Source: a virus (Duplodnaviria; Heunggongvirae; Uroviricota; Caudoviricetes). Taken from it: 64,000 nt of DNA. This document shows positions 9,775 through 18,050 of this stretch, piece by piece. The notes beneath the pieces are model-generated. The model had not been told where the DNA came from, searched no databases, and worked only from the letters and a program-made list of their open reading frames with translations. Both the position numbers and the translations under genes were made by a program. The stretch lies in the IMG/VR virus record IMGVR_UViG_3300047493_000037, positions 30,713 through 94,712 of that record; one strand, 5' to 3'. How positions within the stretch are numbered: position 1 is the first letter of the stretch; every line of letters starts with the position of its first letter.

Positions 9775-10341
9775 ATGAAAACACAAATTAGAACACTTAA
9801 ACTTAAGCTCAAAGACCTTGCCTCTCAAATTAAAAATCAAAAGAATGTCCGAAAGAAGTCTCATCCTGCTCACGCAGATGTTTACAGTGGCGACTACTCC
9901 CTCTCTTGTTTAAGAGAATCGTATCGTTATCATCATGTTGCTTATTGTCTAGCAAGGGGTCGAACCCTTGAATCAGTAGATAGTGGGGCAGGTTTAAATA
10001 TGGAACGCGTAAATTGGATCCTAAAGTGCATCGAACCAGAGTCTAGAGAGAAGCTTTACGTTGTTGTTAACGAAACCCTATCACCATCTCAGCAAGCCGT
10101 ACAATCAGCACACGCTGTAGCTGAGTTCATGAGAAAGAATCCACACACACTTTGGGCCAACGGATACCTCATCCTATTAAAGGATAGACCTTTATTTGGC
10201 GACAACATGTCTAGTAGATGGCATATGCCAGGAATAGAACGTGCAGAATTCATTGAACCAGATCTTAGCAACAAGATTACGGCTTACGCATGTTTTGGGC
10301 ACGGCGTAGAGAATCTCATGAAAAATCACAAATTGGTATAA
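9775..10341 (+). CDS. PTH2-like (peptidyl-tRNA hydrolase fold) protein with an N-terminal phage domain
   Basis: The C-terminal half KLYVVVNETLSPSQQAVQSAHAVAEF...LILL...FIEPDL...ITA matches phage PTH2-like proteins. AGGAG RBS. Confidence 0.6.
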   Translation: MKTQIRTLKLKLKDLASQIKNQKNVRKKSHPAHADVYSGDYSLSCLRESYRYHHVAYCLARGRTLESVDSGAGLNMERVNWILKCIEPESREKLYVVVNETLSPSQQAVQSAHAVAEFMRKNPHTLWANGYLILLKDRPLFGDNMSSRWHMPGIERAEFIEPDLSNKITAYACFGHGVENLMKNHKLV

Positions 10342-10348
10342 TATCAAC

Positions 10349-10502
10349 GTGTAGCATCTCGGATAGACGAGAAAACCAGTGGGAATGATCTAAATAAATA
10401 CGCTGAACAGACCGAGGCCATACTAGTTGGGCCGTATAACAGTATCGGGGCAGGCGGAGACACAACTCCAAGATCAGTGAGACTCGAAATCTCACCTACA
10501 CA
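10349..10502 (+). ncRNA. About 154 nt tRNA-shaped ncRNA with a large insertion in place of the anticodon arm
   Basis: Starts 7 nt after TATAAT (10337-10342). GTGTAG/CTACAC end pairing, TCTC-GGATAGAC-GAGA D-like arm, TGATCT/AGATCA helix, and GTGAGA-CTCGAAA-TCTCAC T-like arm. Confidence 0.55.
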
Positions 10503-10518
10503 TATTTAAAGGATTAAC

Positions 10519-10659
10519 ATGAAGAGCAGTGAACGATTAGTTTATCTTGTCATCATAGCAGTAGGTCTACTATGGATGTCATCTCAATTTAGTCGATTCA
10601 CTGCTCACTATGACTATCTTTTAGCTCAACTAGACTATATTAACTCTCACTGTAAGTAA
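10519..10659 (+). CDS. 46 aa membrane peptide
   Basis: AAGGA RBS; MKSSERLVYLVIIAVGLLWMSS has one hydrophobic helix. Too short for the ORF track. Confidence 0.55.
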   Translation: MKSSERLVYLVIIAVGLLWMSSQFSRFTAHYDYLLAQLDYINSHCK

Positions 10660-10660
10660 T

Positions 10661-10736
10661 GGTCCCATAGCTCAGCGGCCAGAGCGGCAATCTCTAAAAT
10701 TGTGCGTCGTGGGTTCGACTCCCACTGGGACCTCCA
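10661..10736 (+). tRNA. tRNA-Sup(CUA), amber suppressor
   Basis: Canonical 76 nt cloverleaf: GGTCCCA/TGGGACC, GCTC/GAGC, GCAAT-CTCTAAA-ATTGT (anticodon CTA), GTGGG-TTCGACT-CCCAC, U73 and CCA. Confidence 0.9.
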
Positions 10737-10823
10737 CTAATCAATAAAAACCTATAACCCTTACGAGGGCTTTTAAGTTCCGGCCTTCTAATCCTGAATT
10801 TAAAGGTTTTCTCTTTTCCATAC

Positions 10824-10866
10824 TTCGCCCTTCGAAGAAGGGCGAACAGCGCGCTCCCAGCGCGCT
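10824..10866. other. Two adjacent perfect hairpins in a 280 nt intergenic gap
   Basis: TTCGCCCTTC-GAA-GAAGGGCGAA followed by AGCGCGCT-CCC-AGCGCGCT. Confidence 0.6.
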
Positions 10867-11016
10867 TAAGCCAACTAAGTTTTGTTAGGGAAGAATAGAA
10901 TAGATTTGGTTGGTGTGGATATTCTTATGATACCCGCGAGAATGAACCTTTTTAAGTTGATTTTGAAATATATTTTTACCCCGAAAAAGTTTGTATAAAT
11001 AGGGTATAAATAGGGT

Positions 11017-11529
11017 ATGCAAAATAGAGAAGAAATTATCGCCAAAGTTAAACAAGATTATTTCAAGATTGAAGTTGAAGTGCTTGCTGATGGAAAACTT
11101 CCCGCAAAGAAGAATCAAAAAGATGCTGGATTTGATTTGTTTGCAACATCTGATATCACAATTTACCCCGGACAGGTATTAAAGCACCCACTTAACATAA
11201 AGATGAAGCTCCCCAAGAATACTTGGGCTGAGATTACCTCTAAGTCAGGTTTGGGTGCTCAAGGACTTCTGGTTTATGCTGGCGTAATCGATGAAGAGTA
11301 TCGAGGCATTCCGCATGTAGTTATGAGCAACCTATGGGTAGTTCAAGAAGTTGACTCTGATGGATATCCGCTCATGAGAACTCAACCCATCGTGATCAAG
11401 AAGGGTGAGAAATTAGCTCAACTTATCATGAGTCCGTACTCGTCAGAATATTTCATTGAGCAGGTTGAAACTGTAAGTGCGGATACCACTCGCGGATACG
11501 GCGGGTTTGGATCCACTGGGACTACTTAA
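11017..11529 (+). CDS. dut: Trimeric dUTPase
   Basis: All five motifs present: AGFDL, SKSGL, GVIDEEYRG, KLAQL and RGYGGFGSTG. Confidence 0.95.
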   Translation: MQNREEIIAKVKQDYFKIEVEVLADGKLPAKKNQKDAGFDLFATSDITIYPGQVLKHPLNIKMKLPKNTWAEITSKSGLGAQGLLVYAGVIDEEYRGIPHVVMSNLWVVQEVDSDGYPLMRTQPIVIKKGEKLAQLIMSPYSSEYFIEQVETVSADTTRGYGGFGSTGTT

Positions 11530-11915
11530 TGTTGGAAGTAAAAGAAGATTTACAGGTTATATTTAAGGGTGTTATTAAGAATATATGCGTTACGTCTCAA
11601 CCTCAATCGACTTATTCTTTTGGTGCTTTTCAACCGACCACAATAGTACCACCAACTAGTTATAGCATTAGTTTTGACTTACTAAGAAATACTAGTCCTA
11701 GTGAACTTTCCCACAACATGTTTGATGACGTAACAGATACAGCTAGAATCTTTTGCTATTCATACTTAATAGAGTCAAGTGGCTTATATAAGTGTACAGT
11801 GGACTTTATAGTTACTGACTTAGAAAAGTTTAGTGCAGATATCAAAGATTTTACATGGAAGCATTACTCTAAGGCTTTCAACAATCAGTTAGATAATGTC
11901 TTAGAAGAAGAATAA
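11529..11915 (+). CDS. Hypothetical protein
   Basis: TAATG coupling to dut. Confidence 0.7.
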   Translation: MLEVKEDLQVIFKGVIKNICVTSQPQSTYSFGAFQPTTIVPPTSYSISFDLLRNTSPSELSHNMFDDVTDTARIFCYSYLIESSGLYKCTVDFIVTDLEKFSADIKDFTWKHYSKAFNNQLDNVLEEE

Positions 11916-11948
11916 CTAAGTATAATGCTCTCGTAACGGGAGTAAACC

Positions 11949-12686
11949 TTGGATAATATATTTCAAACTAATGTACGCGTCAATAACTTAGACGCTCTAT
12001 CTCCAGACGCCATCTGGCCTAAAAACACTGAAGTATGCATCACTCGCATTCCAATTAGGAAGCGCGATGGCTTTGACCCTGAAAAGTTTAAAGAGTTTGC
12101 AGCTAAGTTGAAGAGTCACATGGTTCCGAATGGCATAGTGTTTCTTATCTGTTATGCTCCAATTGAGGCCAAATGGCGCCCATTTGAAGTAGCAAAGATG
12201 ATGGCCGATGTAGGATTCACTCACATTGATAATATCGTCATAAAGAAGACCTGGTTCCCAGGCAAACGCTCTGAAACAAATCTAGTTAATTCCCATGAGT
12301 ATGTGTTACATTTCTGCAATGGAGATGTTTGGAAACTAGATCGCCTCCCAATAAGACAGTATATGGAAATAGACAGCGAAATTTCTTGCCCGGGGAACAC
12401 TTGGGAGATAGAAACTGGCTCTCTAGATGAGGCTTATCCTGTAGATTTAGCAGAACTTCTAATTCGCATGACAGATTGTCTTCCAGGATCAATTGTGTTC
12501 GACCCCTACTGTGGAGGAACTGGATCACTTAAGGCTGCACTTAAGTTAGGTCATAGTTTCTTTGGATTCGAGAATGATCCTAAGCAGATTAAGAAGTATG
12601 AGAAGGTTGTAAAAGAATACAACAAGGAGATGGATAATGCAGTCAGAAATAGCCCAAGCAGTAAACGATCTGATAAAAAGCGGTGA
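11949..12686 (+). CDS. Beta-class N4/N6 DNA methyltransferase-like protein with a degenerate catalytic motif
   Basis: SAM-binding VFDPYCGGTGSLKAALKLGHSFFGFEND and YPVDLAELLI. The expected (D/S)PPY position reads ITRIPI. Confidence 0.7.
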   Translation: MDNIFQTNVRVNNLDALSPDAIWPKNTEVCITRIPIRKRDGFDPEKFKEFAAKLKSHMVPNGIVFLICYAPIEAKWRPFEVAKMMADVGFTHIDNIVIKKTWFPGKRSETNLVNSHEYVLHFCNGDVWKLDRLPIRQYMEIDSEISCPGNTWEIETGSLDEAYPVDLAELLIRMTDCLPGSIVFDPYCGGTGSLKAALKLGHSFFGFENDPKQIKKYEKVVKEYNKEMDNAVRNSPSSKRSDKKR

Positions 12687-13224
12687 GCCAGACATCGAGA
12701 AGCTCCTGCTTGCAGGTCCCACCCTCACTGTGGAGGATATTTATCCACACTTTAAGCATCTGTTTAGTCCTATAGCTCTTCTTACGATGAATAATAAAGG
12801 TCGAGACCTACTGTATCAGTATAATAGGCCAATTGGTCAAACAACTATGTTAGTTGATCTTTTAGCGAAATTAGGATTAAAACAACCTAGTGCTTTGGTC
12901 ACAGCTGGACATCCAAGGATAGAACACGTTCGTGATATTGATATTGTGATGTTTTTTGGTAGCAGAGCAGAAAAATCTAAGTTAGATAAGGCTATAGAAA
13001 AAGTTATTCTAACTATAAATGATGTAGCTAGCAAAGGTTTTACTAAGGTTTCGTTGCTTCAACTTGGACTTCTTAAGTTAACAACACATCCAAACATGGA
13101 ACAACAGTTTATTGTTTTGTCTTATGTTTCTATGACAAAAGCCGGCGAAGAATATGTTAAGCAGTACCATAATGGTATGACCTTCCCAGAAGGCGGAGTT
13201 CCTGCAAGAGTGGAGTATCAATGA
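12637..13224 (+). CDS. Hypothetical protein
   Basis: 195 aa ORF with an ATGA overlap into groEL. Confidence 0.7.
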   Translation: MQSEIAQAVNDLIKSGEPDIEKLLLAGPTLTVEDIYPHFKHLFSPIALLTMNNKGRDLLYQYNRPIGQTTMLVDLLAKLGLKQPSALVTAGHPRIEHVRDIDIVMFFGSRAEKSKLDKAIEKVILTINDVASKGFTKVSLLQLGLLKLTTHPNMEQQFIVLSYVSMTKAGEEYVKQYHNGMTFPEGGVPARVEYQ

Positions 13225-14942
13225 TTTACGAAAAAAGCAAAGCAAAGAGTATTACAGCAGATAGAGCTAAGATTAGAAAGATTGTTAGCGATACTATCAC
13301 TGAAATGGCCGATATTGTTGGAGCAACTCTTGGACCAGGTGGAAGACCTGTTATTCTGGAACGCGATGGTTTGTCCCCTCTTGTAACTAAAGATGGTGTC
13401 ACTGTCGCTAAGACATTAGGAATGGCAAATGCTGAAGCGAACATCATTATTGAAAGTGCAAAAGAGATTTGCCTTAGGACTGCCAAACAAGCCGGCGATG
13501 GCACGACTACAGCTATTGTTCTTGCTAGCGCAATTACTAAAAATGGGCTCAAGTTCTTAGATAGTAATCCTAAATACAACCCACAGCGTATGGTTAGTGA
13601 ACTTAATGATCTATACTCTAGCGTTATTGTTCCATTTTTGAAAGACAATGCAAGGCCGGTAAAGGAACGTCATGAACTTATTAACGTTGCTACTATTAGT
13701 GCTAATGGAGATTCAACTATCGCAGCTGCCGCTGTTGATGCAGTTATTGCCGCAGGTGAAGATGGGCAGGTTCTCATCGAAGAAGCAGATGACTCAGGAA
13801 TCAGAGTCGAAACAATAGATGGTTGTATCGTTACTAGCGGTCTTAAGGATATTGGATCTATTGGACTAGCTTTTATTAATGATCGTTCATCTCAGCAAGC
13901 TAAGATGGACAACGGGCTGGTATTCCTATATGACGGCACAATGAACGACCTTAAAGTTCCTGCTGCAATGCAAGGTGCCGTTGAAGGTAGTGCATTATAT
14001 GGAAAACCTATCGTTGTTTTTGCTCATGGGTTTTCAGATATTGTGCTAGATAAGTTTGCTAAAAATTCCAAAGGCGGATACATGGTTGTTCCTGTCAAGA
14101 CCCCTCTTGGCGGTGTGGCAAATTCACGTTCTATGTTTTTGTATGATATGGCAGCATACTCTGGCGCACAGGTTATTGATCCAGGTAATCTAGACAATTT
14201 TGTGACAGACGACGAACTAGAAGAAGCCTTTGGATCTTTTACAAATGCTAAGATCAATATGTTTGAAACATTTATTACAAGTGAAGTAGATCATGAAAAG
14301 ATTGAGGCTCGTATTGCAGAACTTAAATCTGTCATGCTTGTAGCCCCTAGTGATCGTGAACGCATGTTTGCTAAAGCAGCAATTAGCAAACTCACTGGTG
14401 GTGTATCTACTATCTGGGTAGGTGGTGGATCAGAACTTGAAGCACGTGAAAAGAAGGCCCGTGTTGAGGATGCGGTAGAAGCAGTTCGTTCTGCAATTGC
14501 CGAAGGCATTATTCCTGGCGGTTGTGGTGTTCATTTGGTTCTCTCAGATTTAATCACCCGCCATCCAAAACATGTTAAGTCTTGGGATATCATGATTAAG
14601 GCTTTGTTAGCACCTTTTGAGATGTTGTTATCTAATTGTGGTGAAGACTTTACTGATATTTGGAATGCAATTGAGCCTCATGTGATCAACACAGACAAGC
14701 CACCTAAGTTTATATTTGACGCTGAAGCACATCAGATTGTAAATGCCGAAGATGCAGGTATTATTGAACCTGCAAAGGTTTGCCGTGTAAGTTTGGGTAA
14801 TGCACTATCAGTTGCATCATTGCTTATTACCTTAGGTGGTATCGTTGTGGTTCCACGAGATTTTGGTCTTGAGAACCAGTTAGCACTTAGCAAGCAAGCT
14901 TTCCAGGACATGATGGCTGGTGGTGGCGTAGGACAAGAATAA
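13221..14942 (+). CDS. groEL: GroEL-like chaperonin
   Basis: TLGPGG, VTKDGVTVAK, AGDGTTTA, GIIPGGG and GIIEP. Confidence 0.95.
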   Translation: MIYEKSKAKSITADRAKIRKIVSDTITEMADIVGATLGPGGRPVILERDGLSPLVTKDGVTVAKTLGMANAEANIIIESAKEICLRTAKQAGDGTTTAIVLASAITKNGLKFLDSNPKYNPQRMVSELNDLYSSVIVPFLKDNARPVKERHELINVATISANGDSTIAAAAVDAVIAAGEDGQVLIEEADDSGIRVETIDGCIVTSGLKDIGSIGLAFINDRSSQQAKMDNGLVFLYDGTMNDLKVPAAMQGAVEGSALYGKPIVVFAHGFSDIVLDKFAKNSKGGYMVVPVKTPLGGVANSRSMFLYDMAAYSGAQVIDPGNLDNFVTDDELEEAFGSFTNAKINMFETFITSEVDHEKIEARIAELKSVMLVAPSDRERMFAKAAISKLTGGVSTIWVGGGSELEAREKKARVEDAVEAVRSAIAEGIIPGGCGVHLVLSDLITRHPKHVKSWDIMIKALLAPFEMLLSNCGEDFTDIWNAIEPHVINTDKPPKFIFDAEAHQIVNAEDAGIIEPAKVCRVSLGNALSVASLLITLGGIVVVPRDFGLENQLALSKQAFQDMMAGGGVGQE

Positions 14943-15400
14943 TGACAACTAAACAAATACTAATTATAGGTGCTATAGCATTAACTGTAGCTTTCGCGTT
15001 TGGTAGATGGAGTGCGCCAGAGAAGGTGAAAACTATTACTCAAACTGTTGAGAAAAAAACAGATGATAAGGTTGTTGCTGTCGATGATCATAAACTTACT
15101 ACTATCACTGAAACAGATAAACCTGATGGAACTAAGGTAAAGACAACTGTTATAGCAGATACTAGAGATACTAGCGTTCATGATAAGAGTACAGATCAAG
15201 TTGAAAAGACACAATCTAAGGAAGTTGATAAAAGTACTAGTAAGATTACAATATCAATGCTAGCAGGCACCAACGTTACTAGTCCTAGTTCACTTACTTA
15301 TGGTGCTTCTATAACTAAACCAATTTTAGGTCCAATCACTGTTGGCGTATTTGGTTTTCAAAATGGTACAGTTGGTGCCAGTATTGGTCTGACTTTTTAA
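14942..15400 (+). CDS. Membrane-anchored or exported hypothetical protein
   Basis: N-terminal hydrophobic helix and beta-rich C-terminus. Confidence 0.65.
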   Translation: MTTKQILIIGAIALTVAFAFGRWSAPEKVKTITQTVEKKTDDKVVAVDDHKLTTITETDKPDGTKVKTTVIADTRDTSVHDKSTDQVEKTQSKEVDKSTSKITISMLAGTNVTSPSSLTYGASITKPILGPITVGVFGFQNGTVGASIGLTF

Positions 15401-15401
15401 T

Positions 15402-15752
15402 ATGCCAAAATTTCGTTTTAAGTGTTCTACTTGTGGTGAAGAAAAGGTGCAACATGCTTCACTACAGCAAGTTCAAATTCCATGTCCCCAGTGCTCTTCG
15501 TCAACCATGGACCGCCAATTTCCTGGTAGTGGTTCACAGGCTGTCCGTGAAGTTGTAGATTCATACACGAACACTAGAACAGCTTCAGATGAGAAAGCAC
15601 AAAATCTTGCTCGTAAGACTGAATACTTCTGGGAAGTAGAAGTTCCAAGGTTGATACAAACCTATAGTATTCAAACCTGCTTGGAAGAAAAATGGCTAGT
15701 GTATAATGATCAGGGAGAACTGGTCATTAATAAACCACCTAGCAAACGATGA
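15402..15752 (+). CDS. FmdB-like zinc-ribbon protein
   Basis: MPKFRFKCSTCG...CPQC. Confidence 0.6.
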   Translation: MPKFRFKCSTCGEEKVQHASLQQVQIPCPQCSSSTMDRQFPGSGSQAVREVVDSYTNTRTASDEKAQNLARKTEYFWEVEVPRLIQTYSIQTCLEEKWLVYNDQGELVINKPPSKR

Positions 15753-17479
15753 AGATACAATCCGTTAAAATTGTTAATATTCTCAGTATAGAAGAGGCAT
15801 TTGTTGAGTTTGATGACTCAGGTTTAATACTTGTCCAGGGATGGAACTATGATGTTGGAAGAGCGAATGGAGCAGGAAAGACAGCTATATTCAACGCGAT
15901 TACGTTTGCTCTTTACAATAAGCTTCCTAGAAAAATTACTGCAACAGAGATTCTACGTAGAGGATCTAAAGCGGGATACGTTGAATTGTGCGTCCAAGTT
16001 GGTACGGATCAATTCGTGGTTAAAAGATCCCGTCCAACAGGCGTGCTCTTCTCTAAGGGGGCAGAAACTCTCACAATCTCCCAAGAGGGTTGGGAACGGA
16101 TTTTAGGTCTCAATTACGACCAATTTGTCATCTCTATGTATGCTTCCCAAGGAGCATCGACACGCTTTTTATCAATTAATGATTCTGATAAGAAGCAATT
16201 CTTACTTCAACTCCTAAATCTTGAAGAGTTTGCAGATTGTAAAACATTAGCCGACAAGAAGGTTAATTTGTTTCAAGCTGATTTAGCTTCTAATGAATCT
16301 AAGATTGACGCCTTAAATTCTAAGATTAGTGCTTATAGTGAATCATTAGTAGATGAAGAGTCAATAAGCAATATGATTCGTTTAGGGAACGAAAGTTTGT
16401 CTACATGGGCATCTGCTATGGCCCCTTTTATTGCAGTGCCTAAACCAGATCTTAGTAAATATCAGAAGTTGGAAGAGGATCTCTCTGTTAAGAAGGATGA
16501 GTTTATAAGGACTCGTGCAAGAAGGGAAATGCTTCATGAGCAGTATCGTAAAATTCAGAGCAAATCAAAACCCATACACATTGAAACAGAATGCTCGCAA
16601 TGTGGACATGAACTTGATACAACTGCTAAAAAAGCTCAACATGATAAATTATTGGATCGTTGTAAGGTCGAACTTCTCGAAGTTAAATCCCAAATAGACG
16701 CTTGCGACAGTGTTCTCTTCAAAGAGAATATAATTGCAGATCTTCAGATAAAACTTTTAAATAAGAAGAAAGAAGAATCTAAGGAATATGAAAAGGCCAA
16801 AGATGCCTTAAAGGATTTTCAGTCTAAGGTCGACTTAAAACAACAAGAGTTAAAACAACTAAATTTAAAACTTCAAAATAACTCTGTATTGCAGAGTAAG
16901 ATCAAAGACCTAAGCAGCTCATGTGAAGAATTTGCTAATAATAGGGCCATCATATTACGCAATATTGAGCTTTATAAGACAGTTTCTGCTATGTATTCAC
17001 CCACCGGTGCCCAGGCTTATATCCTTGATTCTGTTATAGAATCATTTAATGAGCGCATAGTGGAATATGTAAATCTTTTGTGGTCAAATCTGACCTACGA
17101 ACTTAGATCCTATAAAGAAAACGTTAAAGGCGATGTAACGGCAAAGTTTTCTGAACTTCTAGTTATGGATGGAAAACCAATATCTATTGGTAGTTTGTCT
17201 GGTGGAGAGTTTAGAGCATTGTCTCTATGTGTTGATTTTGCATTAGTAGATGTGATGGAGCGCCAGTTTGGTATATCGATGTCCCCGGTCATCCTAGATG
17301 AACCATTTGATGGTTTGGATGGCTCGGGTCGAGAGTTAATCGTGGAACTGTTAGAAACACTTGCTGAAAGACGTCAAGTAGTTATAGTAGATCATAGTTC
17401 AGAGATCAAGTCTATGTTTTCTAAGGTTATTACTGTGGAAAAGCGCGGCGGCATCTCTAAAATCAGCTTAGAATCCTGA
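15749..17479 (+). CDS. sbcC: SbcC/Rad50 (gp46-like) recombination ATPase
   Basis: Walker A NGAGKT, zinc hook CSQCG, signature LSGGE, Walker B ILDEPFDGLD, and H-loop. Confidence 0.93.
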   Translation: MKIQSVKIVNILSIEEAFVEFDDSGLILVQGWNYDVGRANGAGKTAIFNAITFALYNKLPRKITATEILRRGSKAGYVELCVQVGTDQFVVKRSRPTGVLFSKGAETLTISQEGWERILGLNYDQFVISMYASQGASTRFLSINDSDKKQFLLQLLNLEEFADCKTLADKKVNLFQADLASNESKIDALNSKISAYSESLVDEESISNMIRLGNESLSTWASAMAPFIAVPKPDLSKYQKLEEDLSVKKDEFIRTRARREMLHEQYRKIQSKSKPIHIETECSQCGHELDTTAKKAQHDKLLDRCKVELLEVKSQIDACDSVLFKENIIADLQIKLLNKKKEESKEYEKAKDALKDFQSKVDLKQQELKQLNLKLQNNSVLQSKIKDLSSSCEEFANNRAIILRNIELYKTVSAMYSPTGAQAYILDSVIESFNERIVEYVNLLWSNLTYELRSYKENVKGDVTAKFSELLVMDGKPISIGSLSGGEFRALSLCVDFALVDVMERQFGISMSPVILDEPFDGLDGSGRELIVELLETLAERRQVVIVDHSSEIKSMFSKVITVEKRGGISKISLES

Positions 17480-17492
17480 TAATATAGGTGCT

Positions 17493-18035
17493 ATGCAGGA
17501 TCTTATGGACAAGATTGAACAACTTAGAAAAAGTCTAGCGGCTATGAAGCCTAAAGACCATAATACTATTGTTCCAGCGCTCAGCTTACCTCCTGTTAAA
17601 TCCCTGTCCATCTCCTCTGCTTCTCCTGGAAAACCTGCTAAACTTCCTGGCGTATCTCAACCTTCTGGTAAAGATCCAACTAAGATGGCAGAGCAATTAA
17701 AGAACCCTAGACCTAAAAAGGTCAAAGTTGAAGTTCTCAAGACAGCTTCTAATGGTCAATGGACTTTAGAAAAAGAAGACAGTGAACAGTATAAAAGAGC
17801 TAAAGCTTATAGAAAACCAAGATTAACACCAGAAACTAAACACGTCTCTGACCCTGATCATCAACATTGGATTGTTCATTCGCTTCATGACGTCCCAAAA
17901 AGGGGTACAGCAACCCTTATGCATCATAGTGGGAACATTATGGCAACTTTTAGACATGGTGAGATGAATCCATCAAAGGCCACAGCTTCTTCTAAAGAGA
18001 AAACAGCACCAATGGCTGAAGACAAAATTGCTTAA
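17493..18035 (+). CDS. Hypothetical protein (possible head-internal protein)
   Basis: P/K/S-rich; LRKS and VLKTASNGQW motifs resemble those in the head-region proteins. Confidence 0.6.
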   Translation: MQDLMDKIEQLRKSLAAMKPKDHNTIVPALSLPPVKSLSISSASPGKPAKLPGVSQPSGKDPTKMAEQLKNPRPKKVKVEVLKTASNGQWTLEKEDSEQYKRAKAYRKPRLTPETKHVSDPDHQHWIVHSLHDVPKRGTATLMHHSGNIMATFRHGEMNPSKATASSKEKTAPMAEDKIA

Positions 18036-18050
18036 TTGTATAATCTATAA

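Noticed and set aside
10349-10502. Calling this RNA tmRNA (ssrA)
   Set aside because: It is too short and has no G3-U70 pair, no convincing tag ORF ending in hydrophobic/AA-stop, and no encoded CCA.
10661-10736. Pyrrolysine tRNA
   Set aside because: It has a canonical 5 bp anticodon stem, normal D loop and variable region, and U73. No pyl genes are visible.
10993-11015. T4-type late promoter system (TATAAATA)
   Set aside because: Seen only here and on the minus strand near 7425, not before structural genes. Better explained as a variant of GTATAAT.
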